A stretch of DNA of 64,000 nucleotides from the NCBI RefSeq assembly GCF_009914755.1, contig NC_060943.1. One strand, 5' to 3'. The position numbers and the translations under genes were made by a program. The stretch comes from the human T2T-CHM13v2.0 reference genome, Homo sapiens. Shown here in pieces: positions 16,836 through 37,607 of the stretch. Numbering within the stretch: the first letter of the stretch is position 1; each line of letters starts with the position of its first letter. Under the pieces are notes generated by a model. That model was given only the letters and a program-made list of their open reading frames with translations. It was not told the DNA's origin and did no database searches.

Positions 16836-17273
16836 TAGGTGTGAGCCACCGTGCCTGGCCAATTTTTGTATTTTTTTGTAGAGACAGGGTTTCACCATGT
16901 TGCCCAGGCTTGTCTCGAACTCCTGGGCTCAAGCAATCCGCCCTCCTCAGCCTCTCAAAGTGTTGGGATTATAGGCCTGAGCCACTGCGCCTGGCTTATT
17001 TTTATTTTTATAGAGATGAAATCTTGCTATGTTGCCCAGGCTGGTCTCCAACCCCTGGGCTCAAGCGATTCTCCTGCCTCTGCCTCCCAAAGTGCTGGGA
17101 TTACAGGCATGAGCCACTGTGCCTAGGCCTTATCATTGTTATTATGTCCACTTTAAAGACAGAGAAATTGAGGACAAGAGAGGGGACAGGACTCAAAGCC
17201 AGTCACTGTTAGAAATGAGACTTGATCCTAGACCTAACCTACCTCTCCCTATGTCCAGGCCTCACCTTCCCCG

Positions 17274-17442
17274 ATGGCGCAGGTACCAGGGGAAGTGGAC
17301 AACATGGAGGGCCTGCCTGCTCCTAACAACAACCCTGCTGCCCGCTGGGAGAGTCCGGATCGGGGCTGGGAGCGGGAGCAGCCGGCTGCGTCCACCGCAG
17401 CGGCCTCGCTCTTTGAGTGCTCCCGGATCAAGGCCTTGGCAG
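17274..17442 (+). CDS. SPTBN4: betaIV-spectrin exon 2, coding part (exon starts 17259)
   Basis: MAQVPGEVDNMEGLPAPNNNPAARWESPDRGWEREQPAASTAAASLFECSRIKALA; the LFExSRIKALA motif is typical of beta-spectrins. Acceptor ...atgtccag, donor G|gtacct. Confidence 0.96.
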
Positions 17443-17535
17443 GTACCTGGAGGAGGGCTGGGGTGGGATGAGGAGGAGGGGGAAGGGGGAAGGGTGCCCG
17501 AGAACCTTGGTGGCTGGGAGGGTGGGAAAAGAGAC

Positions 17536-18368
<833 letters not shown>

Positions 18369-18373
18369 CCTTA

Positions 18374-18796
<423 letters not shown>

Positions 18797-18803
18797 CTAT
18801 CTC

Positions 18804-18834
<31 letters not shown>

Positions 18835-20387
18835 TTTGGAAATGTGAAACGTTATCATCACAGACCTAAGAAATTTTAGTCATTGTTCCCTAGGATCATA
18901 GGCCCTTAGAAACTGAAACTGTAATACACAGGAACCTTTGGGACTTGATAATACTAAACCTTTGGAGTTTCCAATTAGAAATGTGGATCTTGAGAAATCT
19001 GACATAGAGTGACCAAAACCTTCCTGCTTTTACCACCGAAACTCTCAGCCTTGGGCCAACCAGTACAGTGGGTCACCCTACCATTTTTTTTTTTTTTTTG
19101 AGTCAGGGTCTCACTCTTCACCCAGGCTGGAGTGCAGTGGTGTGATCATGGCTCACTGCAGCCTTGAACTCCTGGACTCAAGTGATCCTCCCACCTCAGC
19201 CTCCTGAATAGCTGGAACTACAGGCATGCGCCACCATGCCTGGCTAATTAAAAATAATTTTTTTTTTTGGCGAAGCATGGTGGCGGATGCCTGTAATCCC
19301 AGCACTTTGGGAGGCTGAGGCGGATGGATCACTTGAGATCAGGAGTTTGAGACCAGCCTGACCAATATGGTGACACTACTAAAAATACAAAAATTAGATG
19401 GGTGTGGTGGTGGGCACCTGTAATCTCAGCTACCCAGGAGGCTGAGGCAGGAGAATCACTTGAACCCGGGAGATGGGGGTTTCAGTGAGCTGAGATCACA
19501 CCATTTCAATCCATCCTAAGTGACAAGAGCTTAACTCCGTCTCAAAACAAAACAAAAAAATTTTTTTGTAAGATGGGGTCTTGCTATGTTGCCCAGGCTG
19601 GTGTGGAACTCCTGGGCTAAAATAACCCTCCCACCTCGGCCTCCGAAAGTGCTTTGATTACAGGGGTAAGCCAGAGTGCCTAGTAGTCACCCTACTTTGA
19701 TGTATCAGAACAATATTAGCAAAGACCAGAGAACTTTATAGTTATAGAAAGACCTTAGACCTTTAGAACTGTAGACCCTTGAACCTTAGTACTTAGTATT
19801 CATAGAGGTCTGGAACCTTAGAAGTGTTTAATCATCAGCATTAAAACTGGCAAAGACCCTGAGGAGCCTCAGAGATATGGAACGTCATAATCATAAGCCT
19901 TTAAAACATGACACCCTAGCACCTTTGACCCTTGGGACCTTAACATCTTAGAAACACGGAGCGCTAGAATCATAAAATATAGATGATCATAATCATGAAT
20001 TCTTAAAACCCAAAGGTCAGAATCAGTTCCCTCCAAATCTTAGAACTTTAGTAACTCAGCAGTTTATAATCACAAGATGGATCTCTGATACTAAGATTTT
20101 TGGAACTTTATTTATTTATTTATTTATTTGAGGTGGAGTCTCACTCTGTTGCCCAGGCTGGAGTGCAGTGGCGCAATGTCAGCTCACTGCAACCTCCACC
20201 TCCCAGGTTCATGAGATTCTCCCGCCTCGGGAGTCCCGAGTAGCTGGGACTACAGGCCCGCACCACCATGCCTGGCTAATTTTTGTATTTTTAATTGAGG
20301 CGGGGTTTCACCATGATGGCCAGGCTGGTCTTGAACTCCTGGGCTCGGGCAATCTGCCCACCTTGGCCTCCCAAAATGCTAGGATTA

Positions 20388-20773
<386 letters not shown>

Positions 20774-20875
20774 TCACTGGAGGTTGGGTGTTTGAGACCA
20801 GCCTGGCCAGCACGGCAAAACCCTGTCTCTATTAAAAATACAAAAATTAGCTGGGTGTGGTGGCGCGTGCCTCTA

Positions 20876-21130
<255 letters not shown>

Positions 21131-21682
21131 TTACAGTCATACTTTTAGAGCCTTAGAACCTTAAAAAGGTAGGAACATATCAACTTAGAATTCTAGAATT
21201 TACTAATTTAGTGTAAGTGAGTTTGTTTTTAGTTTTGTTTGTTTGTTTTTGTTTTTGAGAAGGAGTCTTGCTCTGTCGCCCAGGCTGGAGGGCAGTGACA
21301 CTATCTCGGCTCACTGCAAGCTCCGCCTCCTGGGTTCATGCCATTCTCCTGCCTCAGCCTCCCGAGTAGCTAGGACTACAGGCGCCTGCCACCATGCCCC
21401 GCTAATTTTTTGTATTTTTAGCAGAGATGGGGTTTCACTGTGTTAGCCAGGATGGTTTTGATCTCCTGACCGCGTGATCTGCCCGCCTTGGCCTCCCAAA
21501 GTGCTGGAATTACAGGCATGAGCCACCGCGCCCGTCCTGTTTTTAGTTTTTGTTTGTTTTTTGAGGAGGAGGGGGTCTCTCCATGTTGCCTAGACAGGTC
21601 TCAAACTCCCGGTGTCAACTCATCCTTCTGAGTAGCTGGGATTACAGATGTGTACCACCACTCCCAGCTGTAGAATTTATTA

Positions 21683-21713
<31 letters not shown>

Positions 21714-22468
21714 TATTATTTGGACTGCTGCCAGGCTGGAGTGTGGTGATAAAAATCATAGCTCACTACAACCTCCAACTCCTGGGCTTGAGCAATCCTC
21801 CCACCGTAGCCTCCCAAGTAGCTGAGACTACAGGCATGCACCATCATGCCCAGCTAATTTTCTTATTATTTTATTTTTTTATAGAGACAGGGTCTCGCAA
21901 TATTTTCCAGGCTGAACTTGAACTCCTGGACTCAAGTGATCCTCCCACCTTGGCCTCCCAAAGTGTTGGGATTACAGGTGTGAACCACTGGAATTTATTT
22001 TATCTAGAAAATATTAATTCAGTGCCTGCTGTGTGCCTGGCTCATGCTGGACAACATGAGGGGCATAGTGGTGACTGAGGCAGCCTGGGTCCTGCCCCCA
22101 CAGGACTCATAGGTCAGTGAGAGAGAGAGATCCGGTTAGACAATGATGACCCAGAGGGGTCAGAGACAGGGTAGGGGAGGCACAGGCAGAGAGGTTGGGG
22201 CTGTTGACAGAAAGGCACAAGCATCAGGCTGTGATGGGGAAGCCCAAGGACTGTGGGAGCCCATAGGATGTACTTGATCCAGCCTGGAGAATCAAGGAGG
22301 GCTTCTTGGAGAAGGAGAGGCCTAACTTCAGGCCTAAAGGATGAATTGGCATGAACACTGGAGTGAAGAGTGGAAGAGTATTCTAGGTAGAGGGAACTGC
22401 ATATGCAAGGCCTCCAGAAGCTGGGAGTGGCTTGACTGAGAAGGATACAGGTGAGGAGTAAATGATGA

Positions 22469-22779
<311 letters not shown>

Positions 22780-23101
22780 TGAGCCTGGCAGAAGCCAGCT
22801 CTTAAAGGGCCTTGCGGGGTACCAGGGAGCTATGGAAAGATTTTAAGCAGAGGTGGGAAGATTTTAAGCAGAGGTGGGATATGGTAAGATGAGAATTAAG
22901 GACTCTCCAAATCTTAGAACCATGCTTCTGAGAGCATCTTGCCCAGGGAAATGTAGAAATCCCCTTTAAGATAAAAAAAAAAAATCCTCTCCAGTTTGGG
23001 CAACAAAGCAAGATCCTGTATGCACAAAACTTTAAAAATTAACTGGCCACAGTGGCATGTGCCTATATTACTCTGGAGGCTGAGGCAGGAGGATCGCTTG
23101 A

Positions 23102-23563
<462 letters not shown>

Positions 23564-24616
23564 TAGCTCTACAAGTAAAACACATTTATAGAGGAACTCC
23601 AGACCCCAAACCAGTAACATTCAGCTTAATAGTAACTTCATGATGCTGCTCTCCTGCTGAAACCACCTTGCCACTCAAAGTGCAAATATGACGTAGACCA
23701 CTACGCTGCATTTCTTTTGCATCCCTTTGCCCAGCTCTCTCATGGTTTTTCTCCCGCTTTTATTTTGAGGCAGAGTCTCACTCTGTCACCCAGGCTGGAG
23801 TGCAGTGGTGCTATCACGGCTCACTGCAGCCTCGACCTCCCAGGTTGCCTGTAATCCTAGCACTGAGGCTGAGATGGGAGCATCACTTGAGCCCAGGAGT
23901 TTGAGACCGACCTGGACAACATAGTGAGACCCTGTCTCTATCAATGTTTTCAACATTAAGGAAAATTGTTTGGACCCCACGTTCAGTGTGTTCTCCTACT
24001 CACCCTCCACAGTTTGTGGCTCACTACTGTCATTGATCTGTGTGACGCCTCTCTCCAATTCTCTTTTATTCCCAAATCTCAAATCAATTTCTTCTCCCCT
24101 GTAGGCAACCACTGACATTGTTTTGTTTTGTTTTTTAAATAAAGATGGGGTCTTGCTATGTTGCCTAGGCTGGTCTTGAACTCCTGGGCCCAAGCAATTC
24201 TCCCACCTCGACCTCCCAAAGTGTTGGGAAGCCACTGCTTCTGACCCCATTCAGATAGTTTTTAATGTGAATCTTTTTCTTTGCATGAGAATAATTTTGC
24301 AAAATGTGCATTGCTAATGAGTAAGCATATATATATATATATATATATATTTAACTTTTTATTATTAAAGTAGTTCATGACACAGAATGGCAGATAAATC
24401 ATGCCAATATTTCCACAAATGAGTACTCTCTTGTAACCAGCACCCATATTAAAAAACAGAATATACAATGGGGTGTGGTGACTCATGCCTGTAATCCGAG
24501 TGCGTTGGGAAACTGAGGCATGATGATCACTTGAGGCCAGGAGTTCAAGACCAGTCTGGGCAACATAGAGAGACCCCGTCTCTACAAAAAAAAAAAAATT
24601 AAAAATTAGCTGGGTG

Positions 24617-24914
<298 letters not shown>

Positions 24915-25367
24915 AAAAATTAGCTGGGTGTGGTGGCATGAGCCTGTAGTCCTAGCTACTCAAAAGACTGAGGTGGGAAGATTGCTTGAGCCCGAGTTCC
25001 AGGCTGCAGTGACCTAAGAAGGTGCCACTGCCCTCCAACCTGGGGAACAGAATGAGATACCATCTCTAAAAAACAAACAGAATGTGACATATGACAGCTC
25101 CAGAAAAGCATCCTCATGCCACCTCCCTATCACTACAGTCCAAGGGTGTACTCTCTTAACTTCTAACAGCTCAGCTTCATTTTGCTGGTGTTTTAACTTT
25201 CTGTAAATGGAATAATGCATTGTGTGTTGTTTTATGTCCGGCATTATTCACTCAACATTATGCTTGTGGGAGATTCATCCATGTCTCCCTGTGCTTGTGG
25301 GTTGGTCCTTCTCCTTGCTGTATAGTGTTGCGTGGTGTGAATGTACCACAGTGTGTTTGTGCATTCA

Positions 25368-25622
<255 letters not shown>

Positions 25623-25886
25623 TCACTTGAACCCAGGAGGTGGAGGTTGCGGTGAGCCAAGATAGTGCCACTGGACTCTAGCCTGGGTAACAGAGTGAGA
25701 CTCTGTCTTAAATAAATAAATACATAAAATAAATGGTGGTGTTCTCAAGTTTCTAGTACACATATTTGGTGGACATATGCGCTTGTTTCTGGTGGTTTAC
25801 ACCCACGCAGGAGTGAAGCTGTCCAATCATAGAGTAAGGGTATATATTTTATTTTACATATATATGTATCTGTTGTTGTTAATTGA

Positions 25887-26357
<471 letters not shown>

Positions 26358-26566
26358 TGATCTGCCTGCCTCAGCCTCCCAAAGTGCTGGGATTACAGGC
26401 GTGAGCCACCATGCCCAGCTGATGGTCAGTCTTTTTAATTTTAGCCATTTTGGTGGCTGTGCATTCTGTTGTGGTTTTACTTTGCATTTTCCTGATGACT
26501 AAGAACAACGAAGAAGGTGAAGCACATTTTCATACATTTATTGGCCATTCAAATATCCTTTAGTGA

Positions 26567-26888
<322 letters not shown>

Positions 26889-27404
26889 TAATTTTTTATA
26901 CAATGGGGTCTGGCTATGTTGCCAAGGCTGGTGTGGAACTCCTGGCCTCAAGCAATCCTCCTGCCTCGGCCTCCCAAAGTGCTGGGATAATGGGCATGAG
27001 CCACCATGCCTGGCCTGATTTTTCTATTCCTGATTACAGTCTTGTTAGCATGGAGCAAGAGTTGAGAACTGAAATGCCCACCAAGACCAGACGGGCTGCA
27101 TACACTGAGAGAACTGGGACCTCCTGTAAGAGGGCAGCGGCCACATAGCTCCCGCGATGGCAGCCTGGCAGGAATGGAGGTCCAGGGTTGCCGTATCATG
27201 TGATATTTCATGAGAAGCCCAAAATCTAAATTTTTTAAAGACAAAGTCTTCCTATTTTAAAATGTTGGCAACTGATTTACATTTTTATAAAACGCAGTCG
27301 GGGTGCAACCAAATATATCTCAGAGGCTGGGCGCAGTGGCTCATGCCTGTAATCCCAGCACTTTGGGAGGCTGAGGCGGGCGGATCACCTGAGGTTGGGA
27401 GTTA

Positions 27405-27978
<574 letters not shown>

Positions 27979-27982
<4 letters not shown>

Positions 27983-28095
27983 AAATAATTAAAAGAGTAT
28001 AATTGGATTGTCTGCAACACAAAAGTATCTATCCCTTAAATATATATAACTGCTATGTACCCACTAAAATTAAAAATACAATTTTTTAAAAAAAA
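27979..28095 (+). mobile_element. L1MA-like 3' terminal fragment (sense)
   Basis: TTTAAAATAATTAAAAGAGTATAATTGGATTGTCTGCAACACAAAAG ... TATGTACCCACTAAAATTAAAAAT resembles the L1MA 3' end (recalled consensus). Confidence 0.65.
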
Positions 28096-28333
28096 TATTG
28101 CTTCTTACTCTAGCAGTAGAAAATATACATTTACTTATCTGTATTTTTTAACTTTAAATTGCACCTTGAATGTTTACCTCTAGTTTGAAAACAAATATGC
28201 AAATATTAACAGTAAATGCAAAGGAAATATCTTGTTTGTGTCAGTGTGGGTTTTGTGCTGTTTAGATAAGATGGGACCCTATGTGAATACTGATCATCAA
28301 TCATACCTGAGAAAGTGATGGCAGAAAAGATGC

Positions 28334-28603
28334 TAAATTGAGGATTTATTCCTCTGCCTTCTAACAGATGATGCCCATGCCAAATAGCAGGTTTTGGCTA
28401 GTACTAAAGCCAAAGTGGAATTTTAGTGCATCCCTAGAGTGGTACCAGAATGAGGACAACTGGGTTCTGCCCTGTCTGTACTAATAACTGGCCAGGTGAC
28501 TTCTCGAGGTCATCTCCCCTCTCGGGACCCCGGTTTTCACATTTGCAAAAAGAGGGATTTGGACTAGATTTGGCTTTCTTCAGTGGATTCTGGGGGATCA
28601 TCG
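28334..28603 (-). repeat. Right arm of 270-bp inverted repeat
   Basis: Reverse complement of 27713-27982, 268/270 identical. Confidence 0.97.
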
Positions 28604-28748
28604 CAAAGCTCTTCGCAAAGCTGAGGTGGAACGATGGCTTGAGCCTGGGAGGCAGAGGTTGCAGTGAGCCATGATCTTACATCACCGCACTCCAGCCTGG
28701 ATTTTATACAGGGCAGACCCTGTATCAAAAAAAAAGAGAGAAAAACAA

Positions 28749-28870
28749 GTACAATTAAATTATTATTGAATATAATCACCCTGTTGTACTGATATCAAAT
28801 ACTAGATCTTACTCATTCTTTCCATATTTTGTACCCATTAACCATCACCCCTTCCCTTAACCCCACTATT
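28749..28870 (-). mobile_element. L1MA-like 3' UTR fragment (antisense)
   Basis: Reverse complement reads GGGTACAAAATATGGAAAGAATGAGTAAGATCTAGTATTTGAT...ACAACAGGGTGATTATATTCAATAATAATTTAATTGTAC, resembling the recalled L1MA consensus. Confidence 0.65.
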
Positions 28871-29353
28871 GATAATGTTACAAAAGGTAAATTTTATGAA
28901 AAAGGAAATTATTGAGAGATTTCAAATGGTTGAAGGAGAAATAAACTGGAAATATACATCTTTATTCCTGAATTAATGGAAAACTTAATAGGAAACTTAA
29001 TATTATTTAGTAATGGGATTTTAACAGTAACTGTACAGGCTAAGCTGCCAACAAATCGACTTCACAGTACAGTGGCTTAATGGAGAAGCTATTTCTCCCT
29101 CCCAGATAACCTCGAGATGATCAACACAGTTGGCAGGAAGACTTAGCTCAGAGAGGTCAGTGTACATTCCAGGTTAATTTCATCTTGTATTCTGTAGACA
29201 TTGACCTTGGTTTTCCAGTTTATGGGAGTCAGGGGAAGAAAGAGGAAGGCCAGGCAGCAATTTTCTTTTTCTTTTTTAAACTTTATTTTTGGCCAGGCGA
29301 GGTGGCTCACGCCTGTAATCCTAGCACTTTGGGAGGCCAAGGGGGGTGGATCA

Positions 29354-29759
<406 letters not shown>

Positions 29760-29951
29760 TTACAGGCGTGAGCCACCGTGCCTGGCCTAAACTTTATTAT
29801 TTATTTATTTTGGAGGCAGAGTCTCGCTTTGTAGCCCAAGCTGGAGTGCAGTGGCACGATCTCGGCTCACTGCAACCTCCACCTCCCTGGTTCAAGCGAT
29901 TGTCATCCCTCAGCCTCCTGAGTAGCTGAGATTACAGATGTGCGCCACTAA

Positions 29952-30089
<138 letters not shown>

Positions 30090-30670
30090 TAAAACTTTAG
30101 ATTATGAAATAATTACACATTCATAGGAAGTCGCAAAGATAGTAGAGATGATAAAAAGACATGTAACTGGCTGGTTGTGGTAGCTCGAGCCTGTAATCTC
30201 AGCACTTTGGGAAGCGTACGTGGGAGGATTGCTTGAGCACAGAAGGTTGAGACCAGCCTGGGCAACATCGTGAGACCCTTGTCTCTACAAAAATAAAAAT
30301 TAAAAAATCAGATGGGCATGGTGGCATGTGCCTGTAACCCCAGATACTCAGGAGGTGGGAGGACTGCATAAGCCTGAGAGGTTGAGGCTGCAGTGAGCCA
30401 TGATTGTGGCACTGCACTCAAGCCTAGGCGGCAGAGTGAGATTGTGACTCAAAAAAAAAAGAGTAATCCTACTAAAAAATGTCCAAGGGATTTTAATGAC
30501 GTTTCTCCAAAGATATACAACTGTCTGATGGAGCATGAAAAGATGCTCAACATCATTAGCCATTAGGGAAGTGCAAAAGAAAACCACAGTGAGGTACAAC
30601 TTCACGCCCACTAGGATGGCCATAAAAAAAAAAAAAAACAGTAGAGGGAAATGACCAAGCGCAGTGGCTA

Positions 30671-31356
<686 letters not shown>

Positions 31357-31916
31357 TAAGGCCGGGCGCAATGGCTCATGCCTGTAATCCCAGCACTTTG
31401 GGAGGCTGAGGCCATGGCTGTATTTATCCGTGTCCTCTCTGAACTGAGCTCTGTGAGGGCCCTGCTGTATTCACAGAGCCTTGAACAGGCACAGAGTGTG
31501 CATTCGAATATTTATTGAATGAATGAATGACTAGAGCCAACTGGGGTCACAAGCAGGGAAGGCTTCCTGTGCAAGTGACATGTCAGGAAAACTTCAAGGG
31601 ACAGGAAGGTTTTCACCAGGTGGGTGGCAGAGGGTCGGGGAAGGCGTCACAGGTAGGAGGAGACATGACTGCTGAGGCTGGACTCTCTTTTTTTTTTTTG
31701 AGAAGGAGTCTTGCCTTGTTGCCCAGGCTGCAGTGCAGTGGCGTGATCTCGGCTCACTGCAACCTCCGCTCCCTGGTTCAAGCAATTCTCCTGCCTCAGT
31801 CTCCCGAGTAGCTGGGATTAACAGGCATGCACCACCATGCCCGGTTAAGTTTCTTTTTGTATTTTTAGTAGAGACAGGATTTCACCATATTGGCCAGGCT
31901 GGTCTTGAACTCCTGA

Positions 31917-32237
<321 letters not shown>

Positions 32238-32341
32238 TGAGGCTGGACTCTTGCAGAGAGCTGGGTCTGAGCAGGCTTGGCTCGCGGAGGGCTGGGGTGA
32301 AGGTGGAAGCGCCTGGGGGCTCATCAGGGCCTCTCCTCCAG

Positions 32342-32493
32342 ATGAGCGGGAAGCCGTGCAGAAGAAAACCTTCACCAAGTGGGTGAACTCGCACCTCGCC
32401 CGCGTGGGCTGCCACATCGGGGACCTCTATGTGGACCTCCGGGACGGCTTCGTGCTCACGCGGCTCCTGGAAGTGCTGTCTGGGGAGCAGCTG
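32342..32493 (+). CDS. SPTBN4: SPTBN4 exon 3 (CH1 domain start)
   Basis: (D)[50 protein letters not shown]; contains the [10 protein letters not shown] actin-binding signature; ag/gt boundaries. Confidence 0.97.
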
Positions 32494-33488
32494 GTGAGGG
32501 GGCCTGAAGGGCTGGGGCAGGGGTCCTCCCTGGGGTCTCAGGCTGGGGGTTGGGCTTCTCTGGAAGGGCTGAACTGCAAGCAGGGGCCTGGCTCATGGGC
32601 GAGTGGAACGTGCTGGAAGGGCCCTGTGGGTAAGAGGTCCCTCTACTCGGGTGTGTGGGGCTGTGGCGCTGGGGCGGAGCTTGGTCGTGAGAAGCCTGGG
32701 CGCGTGGCTGGAACCGAAGCTGATGGCTCGCTAGCTACGGTTGCGAGGCGGGGCTTCGGTGGAAGGGGCCGGGCTCTGTTGCAAGGGGCAGGGCTATTAG
32801 AGAAGGGAGGAGCTTTGTTAGAAGGGACTGGCCCGGGTTATGAGCTAGTAGGGGCATGCTATAAAACAGGGGCAGAACTGTATTGCGGGTTGGGGGTGGG
32901 TAGTGGATGAAGGTGCGGGGCTCTAGGCTAGGGGGCAGTGTTCGTTGGTAGGGTGACACCTAGGTCGTCGGTGTCTAGGGACGCAGACGGTGTCCTGGGA
33001 TGTGGCTTGTTGTATAAATTGGGGCTGTGTCTCTGGGCTTGAATGGGGTTTCATCTAAAAGCGTGGGATTCTCATGGGGTAGAGATTCGTTAAAGGACTG
33101 GAGCCTGGATCTCAAGGAATTGTGAGGGGCATGGCTATGGAATAGGAACAAACAGCTGGGCGCTGTGGCTCATGCCTGTAATCTCAGCACTTTGGGGAGC
33201 CAAGGTGGGAGGAACACTTGAGCTCAGGAGTTTCAGAACAGCCCGGGCAACATAATGAGACCCCCGTCTCTACGGTTTGTTTGTTTGTTTGTTTATTTGT
33301 TTAAATTAACCAGGCGTGGTGGCGCAGGCCTGTAGTCCCAAGTACCCAGGAGGTTGAGGAGAGAGGATCGCTTGAGCCTGGGAGGTCGAGGCTGCAGTGA
33401 GCCATGATTGCACCACTGCTCTGCAGCCTGGGCGACAAAGCGAGACTCTGTTTCTCTCTCTTTTTTCTTAATTTTTTTATTCTTTTAA

Positions 33489-33629
<141 letters not shown>

Positions 33630-33686
33630 TAAATAACCCAAGCGCTGTGGTGAGACCCGTTTCTACAAAAAATTTTTAAAAAATCA

Positions 33687-33989
<303 letters not shown>

Positions 33990-34719
33990 CTAGGGACCCG
34001 AAAGGGAAGCAGCGAGGGGTGTGACGCGGAGTTTTTGTTTGTTTGTTTGAAACGAAGTCTCGCTCCCTCACCCAGGCTGGAGTGCAGTGGCGCGATCTCG
34101 GCTCAACAGCAGCCTCCGCTTCCCGGGTTCAAAGGATTCTCCTGCCTCATCCTCCCGAGTACCTAGGATTGCGGGAGCGCGCTACCAAGCCCGGCTAATT
34201 TTTGTATTTTTAGTTAGAGGCAGTGTTTCGCCATGTTGGTCAGGCTGGTCTCGAACTCCTCGCCTCAAGTGAACCACCCGCCTCGGCCTCCCAAAGTGCT
34301 GGGATTACAGGATTGAGCCACTACGCCGGGGCGGCCATGGGATTAGTGGCAAAACATTGGTAGAGAGGGATCCAATGGCAGGGCCAGGGCTGAGACTATG
34401 GGCTAGGAGGGCGGGGCTTCATGATGGGGGCGTGGTTATCAGGTTCGAAGTGGGGCGCCCGTGGAAGGGGCAGAGCCAGGGACGTGAATAAACCTTGAAG
34501 GGATGTGATTCTTTAAAGGGTCTGGCTATGGGAAGAGACAGAGCTTCTTTAGAAGGATTGAGTCCTGTGTCTTGGATAAAACGAGAGGAGGACAGCCTGA
34601 TCCTGGACACTCAGGGGGCGTGGCCACGGGAGGCGGGCTTCTTTGGAAGCTGCGGGGCCGAGGGCGCCATACTCCTGTCTGTCCAGACCCCCGATCGCCC
34701 ACCGCCCCTGTCGCCCTAG

Positions 34720-34893
34720 CCCAGGCCCACGCGCGGCCGCATGCGGATCCACTCACTGGAGAACGTGGACAAGGCGCTGCAGTTTCTGAAGGAGCAGCGC
34801 GTGCACCTGGAGAACGTGGGTTCGCATGACATCGTGGATGGGAATCACCGGCTGACGCTGGGGCTGGTCTGGACCATCATCCTGCGCTTCCAG
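34720..34893 (+). CDS. SPTBN4: SPTBN4 exon 4 (CH1)
   Basis: [58 protein letters not shown]; tag acceptor, gtgacc donor. Confidence 0.97.
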
Positions 34894-36240
34894 GTGACCC
34901 TCGAGTGGCCCCTGCCAAGCCCCGCAACATGGGACTTAGGAAAGCGTTCCCCACCATTTACCCATTCATTCTTTCCTTCCAATAATATCCTAATATGCTG
35001 GAATCCTATTCCAGGTGTTAGGGATGAAAATAATGATAAAAATAATTGTCACGATCACCACCATCACGATAATCATTTTGTATCGACCCTGTTCCAAACA
35101 CTGTTCTAAGCACTTGACATTTAATACACACAGCAACCCCATAAATTAGGTACTATTTAGTACCCCATTTTACCAGTGAGGAAATGGAAGCCCAGATAGG
35201 TGGTGTCATCTGCCCAAGATCACATATACCTGGGTGTTGGAGCTGAAATTCGAATCCAGGCAATCTTGATCCAGTATAGAGACAAATAGACAAAGGTGTG
35301 CCTTTTAGGAGCTTACATTGTGGTGAGGAAGACAGATAATAAATACATAAATATGTAAAGAAGACATGTATGGAAAAAGGACCAGTTCTAGTTAGAGAAG
35401 TTTAAAAAGCTATGCAGGGCCAGGTGAAGTGGCCTGTAAACCCAGCACTTTGCGAGGCTGAGATGGGAGGAACACTAAGGCCAGGAGTTTGAGACCAGCC
35501 TGGCCAACATAATGAGACCTTAAATAAATTTAAAAAATTAGCCAGGCATGGTGGTGCATGCCTGTGGTCCCAGCTACTCAGGAGGCTGAGGCAGGAGGAT
35601 CACTTGAGCCCAGCAGTGTGAGGCTGCCGTGAGCTATGATCATGCCACTGCACTCCAGCCTAGACAACAGTGAGACCATGACTTAAAAGAAAAAAAAAGC
35701 TACCCAGAAAAATACAGATTATGATAAAACAAGTAATAGGGATATAAAATGTCAGTTGGTGGTGTTGAGATTTTAGATATGGTGGTCAGAAGAGGGCTGT
35801 CTGGGAAGTTGATGGCTGAATGACATACAAAGATGAAGAGAGAATGCATTCCAGGCAGGGGGCACAGCAGATGCAAAGTCCCTGAGATAGAAATGAGCTT
35901 GGCCTGTTGGAAATACAGGAGGAAGAGCAGAGTGGCTAGAGAATGGGAGGCAACGGGAGACATGGAGGAGCTGAGGCTCAGGGGATGGAAGGGGCTAGGT
36001 GATCTGTGATGAGTAGTTTGGATTTTATTCTGTCTGAGATGGGGAGAGGTTGCAACATTTTATCAAGGGGAGGTGCATACAAGTTTAGAAAGATAGATCC
36101 CTTTGGCTGGGCATGGCGGCTCATGCCCATAATCCCAGCACTTTGGGAGGCTGAGGCAAGAGGATTACCTGAGTTTAGGAGTTCGAGCCCAGCTTGGCCA
36201 ACATGGTGAAACCCCGTCTCTACTAAAAATACAGAAATTA

Positions 36241-36822
<582 letters not shown>

Positions 36823-37607
36823 TCAGGGAGTGGAGTGGACAGGCCTTACGGGAGGGGAGAGGGAGAGGGTGTCCAGGGGAAGACTCAGAGCTCTGGCCTG
36901 GGGACTAGAGGATGATGGGGCTGCCCTGAGACAGGGACAGGGAGAAGGAGCAGGTTTGAGGAACACCCTGAGGCCAGTTTGAGATGGGTCCAGTGGTTAT
37001 GGGTCCAGGACATTGGAGTTGGGGATGTTCCAGGTAGATGGAACAGCCAGTGCTAAAGGACCAAGGAGGGAGGATGCTTGTGATTCAGGAAAAAGGCCAG
37101 CAGGTATGGAGTGGAGTGAGCTGTTGAAGATGAGGTCATCAACTTACTGATGGGAGATCATGGGAACTTTTACTTTTACCTTGAATGAAACAGAGATACG
37201 GAGGGTGTTGAAAAGAGGAGCAAGGATCTGATTTGAGTGTTCGCAGGGTCCCTCTCTCTGCCATGTGGAGAACACACTGTGGATGCAGGAGTGGGGAGAT
37301 CAGCATGAAGGCCACCGCACTAGCCTAGGCAGGAGACGGCAGTGCCTTAGACCAGGAAAGTGGCCCAGATGCTCAGTTTGGAGGCTTTCTTGGAAACAGA
37401 GACCGAAGTCCTAACTGATCCCCTAATTGTGGATGTCCTGGCCCTCAGGAATTATCCTCACACTCCTGGACCCCCACCCCCAGCCAGAAGCTGCCTCCCC
37501 CATCTCCTCTGTCACCTGCCACCTTCTCTGGTAGCAGATGGTGAGTGGGGGGCATTCGAAGCCTCAAGCTCTCCAGGCCCTGGTAGCCATTTTTTGTATC
37601 TTCACAG

